From: Scyliorhinus canicula
Taxonomy: Eukaryota
Length of the DNA: 59,085 bases
Assembly: GCF_902713615.1 (NCBI RefSeq)
Contig: NC_052149.1
Coordinates: 125,496,171-125,555,255, forward strand
Direction of reading: 5' to 3'
The first letter of the stretch is position 1. Every line of letters begins with the position of its first letter. The translations under genes were made by a program, and so were the position numbers. Below, in pieces: positions 51,072 to 59,085 of the stretch. The notes under the pieces were generated by a model that searched no databases, had not been told where the DNA came from, and was given only the letters and a program-made list of their open reading frames with translations.

Positions 51072-52019
51072 AAAGAGGTCAGTGCTGAATGGTGCTTGAG
51101 ACAAAGGGGGTAGATCCCAAAGCCTCAGGTACCTCAGGAATCTGAACATTAAACTGAGACGAGCTGTTTCGCTCTACTATGCAGATTTGCCAAAAAGTGA
51201 TCCTGCCCACAATGGGCGGGATTTACATTGCAATGTCTCGCAAGATCGTGTTAGATCTCAAGAGGTATTGTGAGCCGGGTAAATCCCGGGAGCAAAGTCT
51301 CCTGACTTTAACGGCCGAGTTTATTTTGGATGCAGTCTGGCCGTTGGATCATGCCCTTGGTTTCAGAGTGCAGTGTTTCTGACCTGTTTGCCTGTTGGTT
51401 TCTATGGACTGTGTACTGCCTGTGAACATTAGAGTATAAGACGGATTTTGTAACTCATGTTATCCTTACAAATCTGTATATATCTGTTAAGTTCCAGTTG
51501 GGGAGAAGGAGCAGTGTGTTCTTGTTCTTTCCTCGTTTAATAAGTGCTTTATTATTTTGTTAAGTGTTCATCAGCTGACTCCTGTGACTCTGTTCAGTAG
51601 TTGTCCTCCACGTTTCTAAACAAAAAAAGTTAGAAACGCTCAAGCCGGGTTCCAAGACTCACGGAGATGTCAAAATGAAAAAAATTGCAACTCTGAGATT
51701 GATATTTCTGTAACGCGTGATTTGCAGCCAGGTTAAGCGGCGCCCTTTGGAAGGTAGTTTTACAGAATTACAAAGATGAAATCTGGTTCATTGGCCAGCC
51801 GAAACTGCCTGAGAATTTCGGCAACTCATGGTGTCAATGTCGGCCAGTACGTGAGGGCCCTCGTTCACTTCTGTCTCTTGTGAGCTGCCTCGGCCCGTAC
51901 TATCCCAGGCTAGGGTCTGCTGTGAAGTCGGGGGTTGGGCATCAATGGTGAACGATCAGCGATTGATCTCATTTACTGATCACAACTTCAGGATTCGGAC
52001 CGTGGGCAGATTAGCATGA

Positions 52020-53700
52020 AAGGGGGAGGCTGTGGTGTAGTGGTATTGCCGCTGGATGAGTAATCCAGAGACTCTGGGTAATGATCGGGGTTCAAATGCC
52101 ACCGTGGCAGATGGTGGAATTTAAACTCAATAAAAGCCTAATAATGATCATGAAACCATTGTCGATTGTCATAAAAACCCATTTGGTTCACTAATGTCCT
52201 TCCGGGAAGGAAATCTGCCATCTTTACTCAGATTTTACAAAGAGTCATCCAAATTTGAAACGTTGGCTCCCTCCTCTCTCCACAGATGCTGTCAGACCTG
52301 CTGAGATTGTCCAGTATTTTCTGTTTTTGTTTCAGATTCCAGCGTCCGCAGTAATTTGCTTTCATCTTTACCTGGTCTGGCCTACATGTGTCTCCAGACC
52401 CTCAGCAATGTGATTGACTCTGAAATGGCCGAACAAGCCATTCAGTTGTATTCAGCTGCTACAAAAATACGAAAGGGAATGAAACCGCACAGATGACCCA
52501 GCATCGACACAGGCACCAGAAACGACAACGGCAAACTCACCCCTTTGACCCTGCAAAGTCCTCCTTACTAACATCTGGGAGCTTGTGCCAAAGTTGACCC
52601 AACAGCCTGACATAATCGCACTCACAGAATCCTACCTTACAGACAATGTCCCAGACACCACCATCCCTGGGTATGTCCTGTCTCACCGGCAGGACAGACC
52701 CAGCAGACCCGGCAGAGGTGGTGCCACAGTGGGATGCAGTCAGAAGGGAGTTGCCCTGGATGTCCTCAACATCAACCCTGGACTCCATGATTTCTCATGG
52801 TTTCAGGTTAAACGTGGGCAAGGAAACCTGCTGATTATCATGTATTAGAATTAGAATTAGAAGAGTACAGCACAGAACAGGCCCTTCGGCCCTCGATGTT
52901 GTGCCGAGCAATGATCACCCTACTCAAGCCCACGTATCCACCCTATACCAGTAACCCAACAACCCCCCCTGAACCTTATTTTTTAGGACACTACGGGCAA
53001 TTTAGCCTGGCCAATCCACCTAACCCGCACATCTTTGGACTGTGGGAGGAAACCGGAGCACCCGGAGGAAACCCACGCACACACGGGGAGGACGTGCAGA
53101 CTCCGCACATACAGTGACCCAGCTGGGAATCGAACCTGGGACCCTGGAGCTGTGAAGCATTGATGCTAACCACCATGCTACCCTGCTGCCCACCATGCTA
53201 CCGTATTGGCCACCATCAACTAATTAATCAGTGTTCCTCCATGTTGAATACTCCTTGGAGGAAGCAGAGAATGCCAAGGGCGCAGAATATGCCCTGTGTG
53301 GGGGCTTCAATGTCTATCACCAAGAGTGACTCAGTAGTACCAGCAAAGATTGAGCTGGCTGGGGCCCAAAGGACATAGCTGCTGGACTGCGACTGCGGCT
53401 GATGGTGAGGGAACCAACAAGAGGGAAAAACAAAACTATGTTCAAGCACAATCTGTAACCTCATGGCCTGACATATCCCCCCGTTACCATGATCATCAAG
53501 CCAGGGGATCAACCCTGGTTCAATGAAGAATGCAGGAGGGCATGCCAGGAGCAACACCAGGCATACCGAAAATGATGTGTCAAACCTGGTGAAACTACAG
53601 CAAAGGACTACTTGTGTGCCAAGAAGCATAAGCAGCAAGTAATAGACAGAACTCAGCAATTCCACAACCAACTCATCAGATCTAATCTCTGCAGTCCTGC
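52020..53700 (+). mobile_element. Decayed CR1/L2-clade LINE endonuclease region, interrupted by a SINE
   Basis: PDIIALTESYL...IPGYVLSHRQDR in ORF 52585-52848. Confidence 0.65.
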
Positions 53701-54548
53701 CACTCCTCTGACTCCATGGAATCACTACAGTGCAGAAGGAGGCCATTTGGCCCATCGAGTCTGCACCAAACCTCCGAAAGAGCACCTGACTTTGGCCGTA
53801 TCCCCATAAGTCCGCACATTGATCTTGGCCAATCCAACGAACCTGCTCATCCTTGGATTGTGGGAGGAAACCAGAGCATCTTGAGGAAACCCACGCAGAC
53901 ATGGGGAGAAGGTGCAAACTCTACACAGACAGCCATCCAAGGCCAGAATCAAACCCTGGTCTCTGTGCTGTCAGGCACCATGCTGTCCCAGCTCTCAAGC
54001 CCCACACTAAGGCTGAAGCTCAAAAGTCAAGACTGCCGATATAGTGAAGGAGTGTTGCACTGTCAGAGGTGAAGCTTGTAAACTCAGAGATTCCAGATAA
54101 AACTGATCATTTTAAAATGATTGATAATTGTCTTTAAATCCAATCTTCTGCTGATGTGTCATTGATTGACAGGCCAACCAGCCAATCACTTGTTGAAATG
54201 CAGCCAATCAGCTGATGGGGAGGAGGGACATTTCCAAAGCACACATGAGACACAGACTGAATATTCTTAATGTTTATTACCTTTTACAGATTTACATTGT
54301 CAGAAAAAAGACTTGAATAAACAGCCCAGCCAGAGGAAGCAGGAGAAATTCACAGGGAGAATGGAGGTTTATGAAAACACTTGCGGAGATTTTCTCAATA
54401 ACAGGAGAGTCCTTTCCCTTTAAACAGTGACTAAACCTTAAATTGTAACTGCAGGGTGAGCAGGAAGGAGGTCTGGTTTCCTGAAGCAGAGACTTCAGGG
54501 GTCACATTATTTTTGTACGGCTGATAGTCTTCAGCATCTTAGAGAGGT

Positions 54549-54554
54549 TTTATT
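54549..54554 (-). promoter_or_regulatory. Candidate polyadenylation signal of the Ig light-chain mRNA
   Basis: First AATAAA seen on the - strand downstream of the C-exon stop (about 375 nt); a second lies at 54273-54278. Confidence 0.5.
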
Positions 54555-54562
54555 CACCAGTC

Positions 54563-54778
54563 TGCACTGTCCCATCAAACGCTCCCAGAGGAGGAACAGC
54601 ATGGGGTTGCATACAGAGTAAAGCTCCCTTGACACTGACCCGTCAAGCACTCCCAGGACATGTGCAGCACAGGTTTAGATGCAGAGTGAAGCTCCCTCAA
54701 CACTGTCCCCATCAAACACACCCACTGCAGATACATCATGGGGTAAGATACAGAGGAAAGTTCCCTCTACACTGTCCC
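54563..54778. repeat. Degenerate tandem repeat (about 3 copies of about 66 bp) in the putative Ig light-chain 3' UTR
   Basis: Recurring cagag(t/g)(a/g)aagctccc...acactgtccc(c)atcaaac motif. Confidence 0.6.
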
Positions 54779-54928
54779 AAAAACATGTCTTAACCCCTGA
54801 CCCTCAGAAGTGCCTCAGTCCCGAAAAGGAAGAGAGTTGTAATTCAGTGCTGACAATGACCTTTGCCCTCCCAGCTCACCCCTGTTCTATTTAAAGTTGT
54901 GTCTCCTCTGTGGACTGTCTCTAACACT

Positions 54929-55257
54929 CTACGCACATTCTGATCTCCTGATGCTCTTGCTGAGGGCAGAGGAGAGGCTCACGTGGGTGAGGGCACAGGA
55001 GAAGCTGGCGTTGGACTCCCAGGCAGAGCCAGAGAGGGTCAGCAGGCTGCTGACGCTGTAGGTGTTGTCCGAAGCTCGCAGGTAGTTGCTGGTCTGAACC
55101 CCGTCCGAAATGGCTGCACCATCCTTCTTCCACTCCACCACCAGCTCATCGGGATAGAAGTGATTGGCAAGGCACACCAGGGTGGCAGTGCCCTTGGTCT
55201 TGACCTCCTCCAGGGAGGGGGGCAGCAGGGTCAGTGTGGGTTGTGAATTCTCACGGC
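54929..55257 (-). CDS. IGKC: Immunoglobulin light-chain constant (C1-set) exon, probably shark type III / kappa (NS4-like)
   Basis: Minus-strand acceptor ccttctcttctcttacAG, phase 1; RENSQPTLTLLPPSLEEVKTKGTATLVCLANHFYPDELVVEWKKDGAAISDGVQTSNYLRASDNTYSVSSLLTLSGSAWESNASFSCALTHVSLSSALSKSIRRSECA*. Both intradomain Cys, the Trp and the C-terminal interchain Cys are present. The isotype call rests on remembered nurse-shark NS4 sequence. Confidence 0.9.
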
Positions 55258-55669
55258 CTGTAAGAGAAGAGAAGGAATTTTAATCGCTGCCTGTTACAAA
55301 TGCCTGGTCAGCTTTCAACAATGGCTAAGGCACTGAACCAGACAGGTAACTCTTTTTATGTTTTAAGATTGTGCAGAAAGATTCCGGAGTCATAATATAA
55401 GAAGTAGAGCTTGGTTGTTTTATAAAAAAAACTTGATACAAACAAAAGAAAAGAAAGCAATGTTAAACTTTTACTTCACAGTTCTAACGCTAATAGGTTA
55501 CATGGGGTGGGATTCTCCAACCCCCCCCGCCGGGTTGGAGAATCGCCGTGGGGCAGCGTGAATCTCGCCCCGCTGCTCCGACGCCGAATTCTCCAGCGCC
55601 GGTTTTTGGGCGGGGGTGGGGATCGCGCCGTTGGCAGTGGGTCCCCCCGCCGATTCGCCGGACCCGGAT

Positions 55670-57570
55670 TAAACAATGTTGCGCCATTGTTTAAAAAGGG
55701 AGGAAGGGACAGACTGAGTCATTACTGACCAGTCAGTCTAACCTCAGTGGTTGGGAAATTATTGGAAATAATTCTGAGAGAAATTATAATCATCATTGAG
55801 AGAGACACAGTTCGATCAAGGACAGTCAGCATGGATTTGTAAAGGGAAGGTTGTGTCTGACTCACTTCATTGAATTTGTTGAGGAGGGAACGAGGAGGGG
55901 TGATGAGGGGAATGAGTTTAATGTTGACAACATGGTTTTTCCAAGGATTTTCACAAGTTGACGACATCCAAGGGAAAATGATAAATTATATTTCCAATTG
56001 GTTCAGTGTCAGGAGGGAAAGGTTTGATGTTAAGCTGATTAAATCATTTTGAAATGTTATCTAAACATTTGTGAAGAAGGTGCTACAAATTCAGCACTGA
56101 AATGGTTAATAGTGAGAGTTTTTAAAGATGCAGTATCCCTTTAAGACACTGTTAACCAGTCAGGAAGCTCAAACTATTAATCAGTCTGTCTGGGGGAACA
56201 GGTTGAACATTAACAAACCTCAGATCACACACAGATCGGGAGAACTTTATCCCAGAACATTGGAGCAGACTTGGAGAAACACATTTCCCAAAGGATTCTG
56301 ATTGGCTGTCAGTGTGGAAGGTTCTAGAATTCATTTCAAACCCTGCCACCCAACACTGGGCTGAGGTCAAGGGTAAGGCTATAATTAGTCTCAGTGTCTG
56401 AGGGTCAGGTAGAGTCACTGCTCCTAATGACCCCATGACCCCTGGAGGGTGAGAGTGTCCGGACAATGGGCGAGGGTCGGATCAGGAATCTCCAACCTCA
56501 AAGAAATACTTGCATTTCTATAGCACCTGTCACCACCTCAGCAGTGACCAGGGGTGAACGGCGCCGGCGGGACTCTGTTGTATCCGCGCGGCCGCTTGGA
56601 CCATCCGGGCCGGAGAAACGGCGGCCCTGCCGCCACGGCTGGCGCCACGTCAAATTCGCCGGCGTAAATGGCGCCAATTCTCTGCACCTCGGGGAAACGT
56701 GCGCCAGCGTGGGGCGCGGTTGCGGCGATTCTCCGGCCCACCGTGGGGCTCGGAGAATTGCCCCCTCAAGATTCCGAGAGAGCTTGACAGGGTGGATGCT
56801 GAGAGAATGTTTCCCCTTGTGGGGAATCTAGAATTAGTGGACAGTTTAAAAATAAGGGGCTGGATTCTCCACATCCCGATGTCGAAATCGCGGCCAGCGC
56901 AGGGGCAGAGAATCCAGTTTCCCGCCAGGAATCGGGATCGGGGCAGGTTCGCCGATTCAGCAGGGCCTGAAAAGCGGTGTACTCGGGCAGAACGACGCGC
57001 CGCCTGGGGCCATTACCAGAGGCCCACGGTGCCATTCTCCGCCCCTGACCAGCCGAGGTGCCGACGGCGTGGATCCAATATGATCCAGCCGGTTGGGAAA
57101 CTCACATGGAAGCTGTGGACTCAGTCCACGGCCGCTGTGGTTGGGGGCAGGCCAATTGGAGGCCAGGAAATGTTAGCGTGGGCGGCTGATCGGGGGGTTT
57201 CTTTTTTGGATCCAGCTCCGCGGTCCAAGTCCGCTATGGAGCATGGCGCGGCTGCTGGAGGCCGCCGACGTGCACATGTGTGGCCTCGTGGGCCCGTACC
57301 TGCAGCAAAAGCTGTGAGATCTACACTGGGCACCTGCTCGCCCCCTGCAGGGCTAGGAATTCATGTCCTTTTCATGCCAATTTTTCTGACGTGAAACTCC
57401 ACCGTTTTGACGCCGGCTTGTGGACATAGTCCCAATAATGGAGAATCCAGCCAAAGAGGTCTCCATTTAAAGCGGAGATCAGGAGGAATTTTGTTAGTTT
57501 TTGGAATTCTCTGTCCCAGAGAGCAGTGCAGTCTGGGACATTGAATATATTCAAGGCTGAATTAGACAGA
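55670..57570 (+). mobile_element. CR1 fragments with nested GC-rich MITEs (about 56540-56763 and 56856-57452) in the J-C intron
   Basis: CR1 RT text (ccagtcagtctaacctcagtggttgggaaa) and TIRs gggctggattctcc / ggagaatccagcc. Confidence 0.65.
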
Positions 57571-57579
57571 TCTTTTTTT

Positions 57580-59085
57580 TAATAAACATTTTATGGAGGT
57601 ATTTTTTGGTATTACAACAACACAATAAACAATGTACATGAAGCTATAAACATAGTGCAAAAGCCATCTCCCTCCCTTACAGGTCCCACCTTTATTAACC
57701 CCCTATTCAAGGTAAACTACCCCTCCCCCCCTTTTTATTGACGATTAATTTTCCGCGAAGAAGTCAACGAATGGTTGCCACCTCAGGGTGAACCCTAACA
57801 GTGACCCTCTCAAGGCGAACTTTCTCCAAACAGAGAAAGCTAGCCATGTCCAATAGCCAGGTCTCCGACTTCGGGGGCTTTGAGTCCCTCCAAGCTAATA
57901 GTATCCGTCTCCGGACTATCAGGGAAGCAAAGGCCAGAACGTCTGCCTCTTTCTCATCCTGGATTCCCGGGTCTTCTGACACCCCGAAAATCGCCACTTC
58001 TGCCCATCCCTCTATAAGCTCCCCTCGATAAACAATTCCCCCATCCTCTCGATCCCTGCTCTCCGCCATATTCGGAATCCCCCATCCATATTCCCCAGGG
58101 GAAACCGGTGATTATTACAGATTGGGGACCAGACCGATGCTCCCACTGCTCCCACATGTCTCCTCCATTGCCCCCAGACTCTCAGGGCCGCCACCACCAT
58201 TGCGGGGCTGGTGGAGTACTGTGCTGGCGGGAATGGCAGAGACGCAGTTACCAGCTCCCCCAAACTTGTGCCCTTGCATGAAGCCACCTCCATACGTAGC
58301 CATGCCGACCCCTCCCCATCACCCACTTCCTGATCATGGGTATGTTAGCCGCCCAGTAATAGTTGCTAAAATTCGGCAGCGCCAGCCCGCTCTCTCCCTG
58401 ACTCTGCTCAAGCATTACCTTCCTTCCAAGCATTACTCGCAGGGTCTTGCCCGCCCAGACGAAGCCTGTGATCACTCTGTTGACCCACTTAAAAAAGAAA
58501 GAGGGGAGCTTTCCGAGTATGAGGGCGTTGTAGGAAACGTTTGGGTTGGCGAGGGGAAACAAATTCAGGTACCTGCAGGTGCAGGACTTCCTTCGTAAAC
58601 TGGTGTCAACCTTCCCGCTCCTACTGCTAAGGGGGATTCAGGACAGGGTAGTTTCCAGAGGATGGGTAGCAGAGGGGAGCGTCTCTGACATTTACTTTTT
58701 TTAAATAAATTTAGAGTACCCAATTATTTTTTCCAATTAAGGGGCAATTTAACATGGCCAATCCACCTAACCTGCCAATCTTTTTGGGTTCTGGGGGTGA
58801 AACCCACGCAGACAGGGGGAGAATGTGCAAACTCCTCACAGACAGTGACCCAGGGCTGGGATTCAAACCCAAGTCCTCAGCGCCGTAGGCAGCAATGCTA
58901 ACCACTGTGCCACCGTGCTGCCCGTCTCTGACATTTACAAGGAACTTATGGGATCAGAGGAGATGCAGACCGAGGAGCTGAAGCAAGTAGGAGGAGGAGC
59001 TGGGAGGAGAGAGAGAGGATGGTCTATGGGCGGACGCGTTGAGTCGAGTCAACACGACCGCAACATGTGCCAGGCTCAGCCTGAT
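57580..59085. mobile_element. Rearranged L1 fragment (- strand 57580 to about 58495, + strand about 58505-59085) with a nested SINE at 58696-58923
   Basis: ORF2 C-terminal peptides lie on both strands; the SINE is flanked by a 15-bp TSD gtctctgacatttac. Confidence 0.75.

Noticed and set aside
55258-59085. J segment or recombination signal sequences for the light chain
   Set aside because: No FGxG motif with a donor and no heptamer/nonamer pair were found; V and J presumably lie beyond the window.

Overview
This is eukaryotic, repeat-rich vertebrate DNA. The SINE, LINE and MITE families point to an elasmobranch, probably a catshark-like shark (inference). Two genes are supported. (1) A + strand RNase L (2-5A-dependent ribonuclease) gene with six coding exons: 11713-13400, 17469-17644, 21928-22145, 36037-36169, 41337-41455 and 45042-45162. 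All introns are GT-AG, the phases join into one open frame of at least 817 aa, and the domain order is ankyrin, kinase-like, KEN ribonuclease. The start codon was not found. (2) A - strand immunoglobulin light-chain constant exon (54929-55257, probably kappa/type III), about 9.8 kb downstream and tail-to-tail with RNase L; its V and J lie outside the window. The most notable features are: an IRE1-like kinase domain in RNase L (HRD motif, full-length activation segment with a WxASE motif), an extra ankyrin repeat, an N-terminal extension, and the RNase L-Ig light chain linkage. The introns also hold a ~540-bp inverted duplication and a minimal hammerhead ribozyme relic. The rest is nested transposons: V-type tRNA SINEs with three different tails, L1, CR1, Rex1-like and Penelope-like retroelements, Gypsy remnants, solo LTRs, GC-rich MITEs and minisatellites. 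Human RNase L, IRE1 and shark Ig reference residues are quoted from memory and need alignment to confirm.
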